From contig NC_043006.1 in NCBI RefSeq assembly GCF_006345805.1, positions 68,758,001 to 68,822,000 on the forward strand: a DNA stretch of 64,000 nucleotides, written 5' to 3'. Below, one piece after another: positions 38,684 to 51,639 of the stretch. The stretch's first letter is position 1; each line of letters begins with the position of its first letter. The position numbers and the translations under genes were made by a program. Under the pieces are notes generated by a model. The model was not told the DNA's origin. It made no database searches and was given only the letters and a program-made list of their open reading frames with translations. The DNA comes from Octopus sinensis. Its lineage: Eukaryota.

Positions 38684-38751
38684 TACAACAAACAAGATGA
38701 GGACAAATATCCGTCAAATGTAAATAATGTAAATAATGTACATATCATATA

Positions 38752-39175
38752 TTCTTTTATTCTTTTGTTTGTTTCAGTCATTTGACTGCTGCCATGCTGG
38801 AGCACCGCCTTTAGTCGAACAAATCGACCCCAGGACTTATTCTTTGTAAGCTTAGTACTTATTCTATCGGACTTTTTTTGCTGAAACGCTCGGTATGGGG
38901 ACGTAAACACACCAATATCTGTTGTCAGGAGATGGCCCGGGGCTATAGCAGAACCATACAAATACACACACATACACACATACACACACATACACACAGA
39001 CACACACATCCGACTGTCTTATTTCAGTTTCCGCCTACCAAATCCACTCGCAAGACTTTTGGTTGACTCTAGACTATAGCAGAAGACACTTGCCCAAGGT
39101 GCCACACAGTGGAACTCAGCCCGGAACCATGTGGTTGGGAAGCAAGCTTCTTACCACGCAGCCACGTCTGCGCCT
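38752..39175 (-). mobile_element. SINE family A
   Basis: As 6283-6682. Confidence 0.8.
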
Positions 39176-39211
39176 ATTATATATATATATATATATCTAT
39201 ATATCTATATG

Positions 39212-39244
<33 letters not shown>

Positions 39245-40831
39245 GTATATATATACATACATACATACACACACACACACACCACACACCACACATATAT
39301 ATATATATACATATACTTATATATATGGAGTGTATTACTCTGAACGCTTTACGTTAAATTGCCTAACCTATTATCATTCACTCGTCTTCCGAAGCGCCCT
39401 GTTCATGAATGTGTATGTGCGACGGTATGTATGTTTATGTGAGTGTCTATGTGTTTGTGTGTGTGAGTGGGCGTGTGTGTGTGCGCGTATGAGTGGGGAG
39501 AGAGAGACAAAGAGAGAATATGTTTATGTGTGCATATGTATGTGTGTACGTTCTTTGTGTCTGCGTATATATGTATGTATGAATGCGTATGTATCAGTAT
39601 GTAAAGCACATTTCCAAAACAACTTTATTCCATAGCAAACAGGAGGGAGAGAAGCTTTCACAATAACATCGTAATTTAAAACTGTCACTTATGCAAAAAC
39701 AACATCAACAAATACAACAAAAACATACGTAAAAAATAAAATGTAAGAAAAAACAAAGCAAAATAAACACAACAAAACACAAGTAAAAACATTTAAAGAA
39801 TTAGCAAATCCTTCATCTTTTGTTGTATCCCATGAGACTAGTCTAAGCTTGTCTTACTCGAAAATATTCCTCATGAGAAGCCAAACACAGAAAATGGCCG
39901 ACATGTAAGATATTACAATCCATTTAGAAAGCTTATTGTGACTATGTTATTGTTATTTACGTTTTGTGAGGTTTTCTTGATATTTACTCTGTCGATATGG
40001 AAGAGAACTGAAGTCAAGAAATAAGAGGCGGTTCTCAGCGAAACTCTTTGATTACTCTGCCATAAAATAGAAACACCAACGGGGTTTGTTGTTACAATGT
40101 TTGTACAAATAGAAGTCGATGGCGAGGCGGGGATAGAACGACGTCATTTTGAATAATAGATTTCGACCATTTTAAGATAAAATAAAATCATAGTTTATTT
40201 ATCGCGTTTGCCTTGTATTACACGCGCGAGCGTACACACACTTGTGCACACACACACACACATACACACATACCTCCATACACGCACGTACGCACGGACG
40301 CACACACGCGCACACGCTATATATCCGCACACACGCGCACACGCTATATATCCGCACACAAACATTCACAGCACATGCATACAGACAGCTCACTTGTACA
40401 CCTATACACATACATATGTATACAAACACATACATATATATACAAACATAAACGCATATACATTCATATGTATATAATGAGTGTGTGCGTGTATATATAT
40501 ATATATATATATATATGGATAGACATGTATGTTTATATATATGTATATATATATACATAAACATAACTGTAGCGTACATACAGGCATACGCGCATACACA
40601 CACATATATACATATATATACGTATACACTCACGTACATATATTAACGGATCTATTTTTGTTCTCAGGAATATATTTTCCACTCGTTTATGAATCTAATA
40701 TTTACACAATAAGCAATAAGCAAGTGATATATGCTCACGATTCAAGCACTTGTGTTTTTGTTACGTACACATGTGAGTTAGTGCGTGCGTGGATATGTAT
40801 ACATACATACATACATACATACATACATACA

Positions 40832-40863
<32 letters not shown>

Positions 40864-40942
40864 CATACATATAGGTATTCGCCATGATAGATCGCTAGCC
40901 ACTACACATTCTTTATTTTCTCTCCTTGTTTCTTTCTATGTT

Positions 40943-40980
40943 CCTTTCTATGGAAGAGCGTAGGCTCGAAACGTTAAAGG
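40943..40980 (+). ncRNA. Minimal hammerhead-like motif with non-canonical core
   Basis: CCTTT-CTATGGA-A-GAGC gtag GCTC-GAAA-CG-TT-AAAGG. Confidence 0.5.
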
Positions 40981-41080
40981 CTTTTTCAATTCCCGAGCGT
41001 TATACTAATACATCTGTTTGTTTGCTACTCCACCTGTCTTCGTCTTTTGTTTTTTTTTTGTTAATTTTCCATATATATAT

Positions 41081-41550
41081 GTTTTTCATCCTTTCGGGGT
41101 CGATAAATTAAGTACCAATTACGCACTGGGGTCGATATAAATGACTTAATCCGTTTGTCTATATAACGGGAAAGTTTACGAAAATAAACAAAAGACGAAG
41201 GCAGGTGGAGTACAAACAAACAAATGTATTAGTATAGCGCTCAGGAATAGAAATAGAAAAAGTATTTTACGTTTCGAGCCTACACACATTTTTTTCTCTC
41301 CTTGTTTCTCTCCTTGTTTTTTTCTGTGTATCTTTCTGTCGAAGAGCGTAGGCTCGAAACGTAAAATACTTTTTCTATTTCTATTCCTGAGCGCTATACT
41401 AATACATTTGTTTGTTTGTACTCCACCTGCCTTCGTCTTTTGTTTATTTTCGTAAACTTTCCCGTTATATAGACAAACGGATTAAGTCATTTATATCGAC
41501 CCCAGTGCGTAATTGGTACTTAATTTATCGACCCCGAAAGGATGAAAAAC
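41081..41550. repeat. 203-bp apparently perfect inverted repeat with 64-bp spacer
   Basis: 41081-41283 is the reverse complement of 41348-41550; arms comprise the HHR-element 3' end plus ~80 bp of SINE B. Confidence 0.9.
41331..41369 (+). ncRNA. Minimal hammerhead-like motif, core CUGUCGA (A6>U)
   Basis: TTT-CTGTCGA-A-GAGC gtag GCTC-GAAA-CG-TA-AAA. Confidence 0.55.
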
Positions 41551-41836
41551 AAAGTCGATCCAGGTGGAATTTGAACTCAGAACGTAGCGGCAGATGAAAT
41601 ACCTATTTATTTACTACCCACAAAGGGCTAAACAGAGAGAGGACAAACAAGGACAGACAAACGGATTAAGTCGATTATATCGACCCCAGTGCGTAACTGG
41701 TACTTATTTAATCGACCCCGAAAGGATGAAAGGCAAAGTCGACCTCAGCGGAATTTGAACTCAGAACGTAGCGGCAGACGAAATACCGCTAAGCATTTCG
41801 CCCGGCGCGCTGACGATTCTGCCAGCTCGCCGCCTT
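41472..41836 (-). mobile_element. SINE family B with partial tandem duplication
   Basis: Full copy 41602-41836 plus repeat of its internal part at 41472-41601. Confidence 0.8.
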
Positions 41837-41910
41837 AATATATATATATACACACACACAGAGACACACAGAGACACACACACAACACACATGCACACAC
41901 ACGCGCGCGC

Positions 41911-41994
<84 letters not shown>

Positions 41995-42749
41995 CGCACA
42001 CACGCACACATATCTATAGTCGCAAACACATGCACAAAAACACAAACAGAGTATATCGGTTAGTTTAAATAAAATTTAAAGTACCCAATACAAAGTAGGT
42101 TGGAAAATATGGGAAAATGTATCGATGGCGATTGTTTGTAGGCAGTCACTTGGTTTTATACTTGAAACAGTTTGTGCTTCGCCAGAACAACTCGTGTTGC
42201 TCATTCATGGTATCGTGTTTTCCCATCAAAGAAAGGCTGTCAGTTGACAGAAACGCGAAGTAGAATGGATATCAATGTAATCTGTATTTGATAGGTTGTC
42301 TTCCATTGATTTATCGAAAAGTTCATATAAACAACTCATACATATGCATATACATACAAATGTGTAATTTAGTACATGCTTGCAATTCCCGATGTTCATC
42401 TTGTCACATGTACGCATTTATACATATAAGTATATAATGGATATACACACATAGTCGCACACACAAAGACATGTCGACGGATATACGTAGTTTAATAATT
42501 GATGAGAAAATGTACTCAAAGAGAAACATGCTCTTACACGCAAGTCTCCTTTTAGTTATATATCTATGTAGTTATTTATATGCAGTAAGAGAGGGACTGG
42601 ATTTTCTCGCAGCGTATATGCTTTACTGCAGGCTGACGTTGCAGTTCTGAGATGTGTACATAAAAATGTTTGCTGAAATGAATAAGCATAGATTTAGAAG
42701 AATGAACTCAATACTAGTGTGTATGTATAAATAAATATAAATGTATATA

Positions 42750-43984
42750 CGAGGGGCGTTCAATAAGTAATGCCCCTGACCCACTTCCCATAGCAGTAGA
42801 GCAACGAAACTCGGCACAGTTATTAGTCTCTTTCTACATAGGAACCACCCAGAGTTACGCATTTCTCCCATCGTTTGATGCGGCTCTGGATACCGTTTTT
42901 GTAGAAGAACCCAGCTTGGTCCTCCAACCTCAACGTGACTTCAGAAATCAAGGCTGCATCATCTGGGAAACGCTTTCCTTTCAAAAACAACTTCATGATT
43001 GGGAAGAGGTGAAAATCAGAGGGTGCAAGGTCAGGAAAGTAGGGGGGATGGGGAGGAGTTCATAGCCATACGCCTGTGCTTCTGATCTGGCGACAAGCGA
43101 GTTGTGGACCGGAGCGTTGTCCCTGCAGGAGGAGGATGCCTTTGCTGATCTTGCCCCGCCTCTTGATTTTGATAACTTCTCTTAATTTCCTCAAAAGTGA
43201 AGCATAATAGGCTCCTGCAATTGTGGTACACTTTGCCAGGAAATCTGTCATCACTACTCGTCCCGGTCCTAGAAGACTGTGAGCATGACCTTGCCAGCGG
43301 AGGGCTGCACCCTTGCCTTCTTTGGAGGGGGTGAGTCACGGTGCTTCCACTGCATTGACTGGGCTTTGGTCTCTGGATCATAGTGATAGACCCAGGTTTC
43401 ATCCTGTGTAATCAGTCTTTTGAAAAATTTTGACTCATCTTCTTGGCACATCTCCAAATTCACCCTCGAGCATTCGACGCGTTCTTGCTTCTGGAAAGGC
43501 GTGAGCAACCTGGGAATCCATCTGGCAGACACCTTTTGCATATACAAATGGTCATGAATGATAGTTTCCACAGACCCGGTACTAATCTTGACTTCATGGC
43601 TATTTGGCGAATAATTATGCGTCGATCTTCCAAATGTCAGCCTCAAACTTGACGGACAGATGCCTCATCATGGCAGAAGGGGGACGACCAGATCTGGGAG
43701 CTGTTTCCACAGAGTTCCGACCATGTTTGAATTCACGATGCCAGCGTTTTACAAGGTCATATGATGGGGCATCATCACCATAAGTTACTTTCATTTTCAT
43801 CAAAAGTCTCCCGTGGTGTGCGTCCTTCAAATACAAAAACCGGATCACTGCTCAACACTCAACAGGCTCCATTCACACTTGACTCAGTTCAAACACCTGT
43901 AAATCAGAAACCACAATTAATTCAGAGCTGTAATTTGCCACTTACTCTATAGAGATATAAATGATTGCACATGCAAAATTTCAG
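42750..43984 (-). mobile_element. Second mariner copy, frameshifted, lacking its 5' TIR
   Basis: TA + TIR at 42748; highly similar to 34277-35542; cut at ...CAAAATTTCAG by a retrozyme-like insert. Confidence 0.95.
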
Positions 43985-44041
43985 ATATTGCTGAGACAGT
44001 GGTGGAAGTGCCTCGTGTAAATATCTGCTCCGACCTGGCCG

Positions 44042-44146
44042 TTCTTTACTGATGAATCTATCGGCCTATGGAAGACTAGCTTGATTTAATTTAATCAGGT
44101 TAGTTTACCATTAAACAATAGACGAAACGGTGCATCGTATAAAGAA
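44042..44146 (+). ncRNA. Type I hammerhead ribozyme (copy 1)
   Basis: TTCTTTA-CTGATGA-aTCTAT...ATAGAc-GAAA-CGGTGCATCG-TA-TAAAGAA; cut after 44139. Confidence 0.9.
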
Positions 44147-44516
44147 TTACAGGGTAAATGTTTTTTTATTTTCTCCTGGTTTACGGAATTAATGTTGTTT
44201 TGCGGTTGAAGCCTTGGCTGTTATTTCTAGTGGGTGAATGGCCTATTATGGCCGTTCTTGATTTTGCTGTTGAATTTATAAATGGTCTATGACTATTTAA
44301 TTTTTCCACTAGGCCGCTGTGGCAAAAATTCTGCGAATTTTGCCACCCTATATTGATTATTATGAATTTCTTTCTGGTTAATTCCGTAATGGAATCGGCG
44401 GCTATATTTGCTGCCGATAAATTTGGCGCGAGTGCGATGATTTGAAAATTTTAGGTCAGATATTGCTGAGACAGTGGTGGAAGTGCCTCGTGTAAATATC
44501 TGCTCCGATCTGGCCG

Positions 44517-44623
44517 TCTTTACTGATGAATCTATCGGCCTATGGAAGACTAGCTTGATTTAATTAATTTAATCAGGTTAGTTTCCATTAAAACAATAGA
44601 CGAAACGGTGCATCGTATAAAGA
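44517..44623 (+). ncRNA. Type I hammerhead ribozyme (copy 2)
   Basis: TCTTTA-CTGATGA...GAAA-CGGTGCATCG-TA-TAAAGA; cut after 44617. Confidence 0.9.
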
Positions 44624-44755
44624 ATTACAGGTAAATGTTTTTTTAATTTTCTCCTGGTTTACGGAATTAATGTGTTGTTTTTTTGCGGTTGAAGCCTTGG
44701 CTGTTATTTCTAGTGGGTGAATGGCCTATTATGGCCGTTCCTTGATTTTGCTGCT

Positions 44756-44822
<67 letters not shown>

Positions 44823-44925
44823 AAGTTAATCCAAACGTGAAAACACAAAGAGAAAGACAACACACAACGCGAGGACGTGGACAATATAGTATTATTGGAC
44901 GCTCGGAAAGAAGGGAAGAAGGAGG

Positions 44926-44960
44926 GTTTAACGTTTCGAGCGGAGCTCTTCGTCAGAAAC
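44926..44960 (-). ncRNA. Minimal hammerhead in a ~200-bp element (44823-45020)
   Basis: GTTT-CTGACGA-A-GAG ctccg CTC-GAAA-CG-TT-AAAC. Confidence 0.8.
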
Positions 44961-45041
44961 ATAGGAAAAGGAAAGATCCAGAGAATGGAAGACGGAGGAA
45001 AAAAATCGCCAACGGTACACACATATATATATGTATGTATG

Positions 45042-45270
45042 GGCGGCGAGTTGGCAGAAACGTTAGCACGCCGAGCGAAACGCTTAGCGGTATTTCGTCT
45101 GCCGTTACGCTCTGAGTTCAAATTCCGCCTAGCTCGACTTTGCCCTTCATCCTTTCTGGGTCGATTTAAATAAGTACCAATTACGCACTGGGGTCGATGT
45201 AATCGACCTCATCCCTTTGTCTGTTCTTGTGTGTCCTCTCTATGTTTAGCCCTCTTTGGACAATAAAAAA
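45042..45270 (+). mobile_element. SINE family B
   Basis: GGCGGCGAGTTGGCAGAAACGTTAGC... Confidence 0.8.
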
Positions 45271-45370
45271 AATATATGTATACATATATATATATATGCA
45301 TATATGTATGTATATATATATATGTATGTATATATATATATATGCATTTATGTCTGTATGTATGTACATC

Positions 45371-45473
<103 letters not shown>

Positions 45474-46291
45474 ATCTATCTATCGTTCCAAGAAACATTT
45501 CACGATTCAGTGATGAGTCTCAGGGAGTTTCAGATCTTTCAATATCAGACCCCCTCGCCCAGTTGATCCAGTAGCTTCAAGCCCTGTTAGAATTTTTCAG
45601 AGTGAACACCCCACAAAAGACCAGCGGCCTACATAAGTTGCCTCGCTCCTTACCTGCCAGCCTGGCTTTTGCTCTACCCTACCAATTCCTGGTATTTGAC
45701 ACGCTTCTTCTTATCAAACCTCCTCCATGTGTTCTTCCCAGGGTACAGTCAATTTTCAGATGATCCCCTGTTTGGTGAAATTTAAGAAAATCACTATGTC
45801 TGAGCGGAGTGTTGTACAATGTGATCTAGGAACTTTAACAATTCCACAAGATCCATTCCCAGATTGCCAGTTTGGAAAGTTTCAGTGAGCTGAACTTCTC
45901 CCCAGCTCTGAGAAAAAAGATGGCATCTTTCCTGAACGACCCACTCATTGAATTAGCGTGAAAATTGGCCAAATATTCTAGACACTTGGCTTTTGTCCTT
46001 TAGCGTTCCATGGTGGAAGAAATAACTACCAGCAATATATTGGGGCGTCCTATGTAATCCACTCCTACTGAAAATACGTAACTTTATGCTAATCTATGAA
46101 ATCTATTTTTATATAATCATTCATGATGCAGTATCAAAGGATTTATCACAATACCCTTGGTAGTTGAGCGGGTGGATTTGATGCTGTTTTTATAATCTAA
46201 ATGGTTTTAGATTATAAATAATGCAACATATTACTAATTAAAAATAGAGACATAATACTAAATAGATAAAACAGCAATTATAATTACTATG

Positions 46292-46444
<153 letters not shown>

Positions 46445-47148
46445 TCATCATCATCATCATTATTGTTGTATGAGCTGAGAACAAAGTTAAATTAATGAAA
46501 GACAAATGGCGCTATGCTGGAATTTTTAACTATTGCCACTAGCTTGTGGTCGCTTTTTTTCCCAAGATTATATATATTTACATATATACATATACAATTG
46601 CACGTACATACAGAGACATACACCTATGCGCACATTTACATATCTAGACATACATATATACACACATATAAGCGTAAGTATCCATATACGTGTCTGTACA
46701 TATATATATGTATATTCTTTTATATGTTTTACTCATTGGACTTCGGGATATACACACATATGTGAATACAAACAGTCTCTTTATATGAGTTCTTACTTAC
46801 AACTGTATCATATATATGTGGTGATGGGAATCCACACAAACTCACACACACACGCACGCATATTTACACACACATATATATATATGCTTACAGTTTAATA
46901 GATAGACACATACGCTTACACACTGAGGAAACAATCAATTATAAATAGGAAGCGAGACACAGAGGTGCTTACACAGCCATATACATATGTAGATGATATA
47001 TTCCCAATGACGCGCTACACCCGCCTTTGATATATACAAATATATATGCATGCAAATTTTCACACCCATATAGAGACAAACATCCACCTACATAATCTTA
47101 CATGTATACTTATACAATTACCTAACTGTACACAAATCTATCAATCAG

Positions 47149-47264
<116 letters not shown>

Positions 47265-47417
47265 CCTATCTATCTATAAAAAAACCCAACACAAATACAA
47301 ATACATTCATACACACATACATATATGTACCCACTTACATATATCTCAGAAACTCATTAGATAATACACACACATACACCCCCACATATACACACTCACA
47401 CCATATATGTATATATA

Positions 47418-47544
<127 letters not shown>

Positions 47545-47699
47545 AGATCCTCTTTGATACATATATCCACGTATATATTTTCACATTTCCGTGTATTTTG
47601 TTTTTGTTTTTGGTGTTAATATCCCGTATGCTCCGCTCTAACGGGTGAAATCCCAATATCTAGTTATGTATATTGCGGTAATTGAAGTGTTGATATTGT

Positions 47700-49520
47700 A
47701 TAAGCTTTTGTTTCGTAGATATTTCCGCTGAGTTAATTGGCTTTTGACTGTTCATTTATCTGAAGTTATTACGATAAAACGCTAACATTTGAGACATTTA
47801 TGTTTACAATAAATCATGGATTCGTGTCTACGATTAAGTAATTTTTTTTTTTATCTCCTAAAAGTATTTTATGATCTACTGTTCGAAGTTTACTATCTTT
47901 TTTTATTTCCCGTGTATGCGGGATCTGGTGTAATGATACTCCATTGCATTCTAATACCAATACCTTTTGATTTTATATCTCAGATATGGTCTGTTAGTGA
48001 AATTCCCTTATTTGTTTTGTATTATTTTCCATTCAGAGCGTGTTTGAACTTCCCTATAAAATTCCTATCTTTTACTCTTCCTCTAACTTCATTTGAGTTA
48101 TAAATTTTGTTAATTGGAAATATATATAAAAAAAATAAATAAATAAAATTCATTTTATTACCGCATGTTTCTAATGGGCTCTGACAGACATTGGGTTTCT
48201 AATTTGTTGCTGGTGGCGGGCATTGAAGTTTCTTATTTGTTGCTTGTGTACTCCGGTACGTTCCGATAATGGGTTTTCTGTCCGGACAATATATATAGTT
48301 CTTCGCAATTTGGACATTTGATGTAGTAGTTCAGAATTGTGTTTTCACAATTCAAACAGGATATTGAAATATTGTTCATCCGGTTTTCCCATTGATATAC
48401 TGATCGGTATAGGATACTGCGAACGTTTTATCAGAATTTTTCCTTTGTAAACAATTATTTCAAGTTTTTAGCTTTCTTTTTACTGTTTAACCAGTTTTCG
48501 ATCAGCAGTTAGATGTTTTAATTCACTACTTTGTCTGACGAGAGGCCAGTTTGCTTTGGCCATGACAAAAATATTCTATGGCATATAGGATTGTATCGCT
48601 ATGTAAGGTTTGATACTTTGGGCTCGAGCTCCTCTTTCTTGGGCTGCTCTAAGTTGTTCTTTAGGTATTTCTTTTTGAACATTGTATACTGTTTTCTGTA
48701 AGTATAAATGCATTGAGTGCTGTATGTCGTTTTTATCTGGTTACTTTATCACCAAGAACGGTACACATTTTCCTGGTTACGCAATATGGGCCGCAATGTT
48801 TTGTATGTGCTGGATGGCAGGATTGAAGTTAAGATACTGACGTGTAACCGTGTCTTTATATATATATATCGGCTGTGATGTTGATTTTGATTTAAACTAC
48901 CATTATATCTAGAAATGGAAAATTTGTATTGCTCATCTCCTTTGTCAATGTCAGAGTTGAACGTAGATTGTTCAGAAGTTACGATAAATTCTCCTAAAAT
49001 ATCTACAGATTTTCTTCAGATTAGAAAACAATAACGATATCTTTTCCATGCACCTTTATATATATTCGAAAATCAGTGCCAAAGATTTTGCGCTACACTT
49101 TAGTTTTTGTTATACGTTTTTCGTTACTGAGCTTGCATAAACTAGACAAAACTTGGCTCCCATCGCCGTGCTTCTAATTTGAAAATAAATTTTCTCAACG
49201 AAAAAGAATGTGTTATTCTCAAGGATAAGGCTGACAGCATCTGATGTAAAGTCGCTGGTAAATCATCTACTGGGAATTCTCTAAGTTTTCCAACCAACTA
49301 TTGAATTGCAGTTATTCCTTAATCGTGTGGAATATCTGTGCAGAGGTTTACTTGATCAAAGGTAGCCAACAACAAGTTCGATTTTGTTATTTTGGATAGA
49401 TGAAACAGAAAATCAGTTTCATCCCTGATAAACATCTGTATGTGGATACACAGTGGTTTCAAAAAGATGTCAACAAAATTGCTTAAGCGATGACTAGAAT
49501 ATACTATGACAGGTCTAACA
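47700..49520 (-). pseudogene. Old decayed Penelope-like element (RT + GIY-YIG)
   Basis: Minus-strand RPVI, HRLSNFVDIFLKP, ATFDQVNLCTDIPH, STAMGAK, and YYIKCPNCEELY (GIY-YIG) near 48300-48330. Confidence 0.8.
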
Positions 49521-49554
49521 TATATATATCCTTTGGTTGTAGTGATTTTATGCG

Positions 49555-49586
<32 letters not shown>

Positions 49587-49834
49587 TGTATGTATGTATG
49601 TATGTATGTATGTATGTATGTATGTATGTATCTTTGTATGTATGTATATGTATGTATGTATGATATATGTATGTATGTATGTATGTATGTATATATGTAT
49701 GTGTTTGTATGTATGTGTGTGTGTATGTATGTATGTATGTTTGTATGTATGTGTGTGTGTATGTTTGTATGTATGTATGTATGTGTGTGTGTATGTATGT
49801 ATGTATGTATGTATGTATGTATGTATGTATCTAT

Positions 49835-49893
<59 letters not shown>

Positions 49894-49915
49894 ATTCTTT
49901 AACAAGACTTGTTTC

Positions 49916-50000
49916 GGCAGTAAATTCGAAATTTCAGCCTCCTTAGCTTTCATCGAATTTCGATGAAGGCTATGCAGGCCGAAACTTTGAAGTTACTGTC
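49916..50000. repeat. 40-bp imperfect palindrome built from a hammerhead remnant
   Basis: Arms match at 32/40; right arm GATGA-A-GGC tatgcag GCC-GAAA-CTTT-GAAGTT. Confidence 0.6.
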
Positions 50001-50438
50001 ACCAGCATCCATGTTAAACAATAATAAATATATACTCGGCAAAAAATATTGAGTTATCCTTCAGTTTAATATAAAACTGTTCTCATTATAACTTGACATA
50101 AAGAAACAACATAAATTTACTGCCAGGCTGTCGAAGTTTCTAGTAAAGTAAAAATATAATATATTCACACACATGGATACACTCATATATACACTCTGCC
50201 ACACATGACAACTGTAGTCTACCATTTTCTCGGCTGTTATGTCTAGAAGAATATACAAACTACACACATATACGTGTGTGTATATCTGTATGTCTGAGTG
50301 CGCGCTCGGACGTAGGTTTATATTTTATTTAGGCAGATTCAGTGTTCTGTTACTCTTGATCAATCTAAATATATTCTGTTTACACTCTACTATGGTACTG
50401 AGTACTATTTCCCCCGTTCTTTAAAATAAATGTGCGTT

Positions 50439-50518
<80 letters not shown>

Positions 50519-50626
50519 CCTATCTGTTTGTCACTCTCTCCCCCCTCCCCCCTCTCTATATATATATACATACATATATATATATATTTACACACACATA
50601 TACACACATACCCACGCACACACACA

Positions 50627-50665
<39 letters not shown>

Positions 50666-51318
50666 ATAAATATATATATATATATAAATGTATGTATATA
50701 CGTGTGTGTGTGTGTATCTGTGTGTGTGTGTGTGTGTGTGCATAGTGTAGCGAAGTATTTAAAAAAGCAGAAACATTAAAAATACTTATTAGGTTTACGT
50801 GCACGCGTGTGCACACGCACGCACGCACGTACACACACATACACACACACACACAAACGTACGCACGCACTTACACGTACACACAAATGTGTGTGCGTGC
50901 AGCCATTCAACAGATTCTAAGTAGGAATGGCCGGCCTTTATGTCTATTTTAGATTTCTATCAGATGAGTCGTTAGCGTAACCTACAGTAAGTATGGCCAC
51001 ATTTACTCGTTAAATAATTACGGAGCTTTGTCGTATCGGACAGTCCCACAAGACATCATTGCTCTGTCTACAAACAGAGAACAAACGTGTTGATAAAGGT
51101 TTTTAAGAGCGATCCAGTCGTTAATCTGAAAATGCCGATGGGAATAAAGCATAATTCACATAAAACTTCGCTATCGATAATATCGCAATGGCGAGCAGTT
51201 GTGATTACTGAGACTTTGAAATCCCATGATGGCGTCCGAAACTCATCAAATATGGCGAGAGTTTTAATTTAGCTCCAGTTGGATTAAAAACTAAAGTAAC
51301 TTTGACTACAGAGAATCC

Positions 51319-51379
<61 letters not shown>

Positions 51380-51552
51380 TCCTTCCTTCGTTCTTTCTTT
51401 TTTCATTTCTTTCTTTCTTTCTCTCTCTCCCCCCTCTCTCATACAATCAAACAAAAAGGAACAAACGAATAGGATTATATATATATATATATGCGCGCAC
51501 GCGCACTTTGTGTGCGTGTATGCGTGTGTTTGTATGTATGTTTATAGATGTA

Positions 51553-51639
<87 letters not shown>

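Larger units (their letters stand above)
43981..44753 (+). mobile_element. Retrozyme-like element, ~1.6 tandem copies of a ~475-478-nt unit
   Basis: 43981-44270 repeated at 44456-44753; two HHRs; ends in (TA)n. Confidence 0.88.

Noticed and set aside
45490-46080. Host exon
   Set aside because: No sustained ORF or recognisable motif; probably a decayed retroelement, family not assignable.
47610-47665. Hammerhead at the end of the decayed PLE (CCCGT/ACGGG-T-GAAA)
   Set aside because: Core and stems I/III do not fit.
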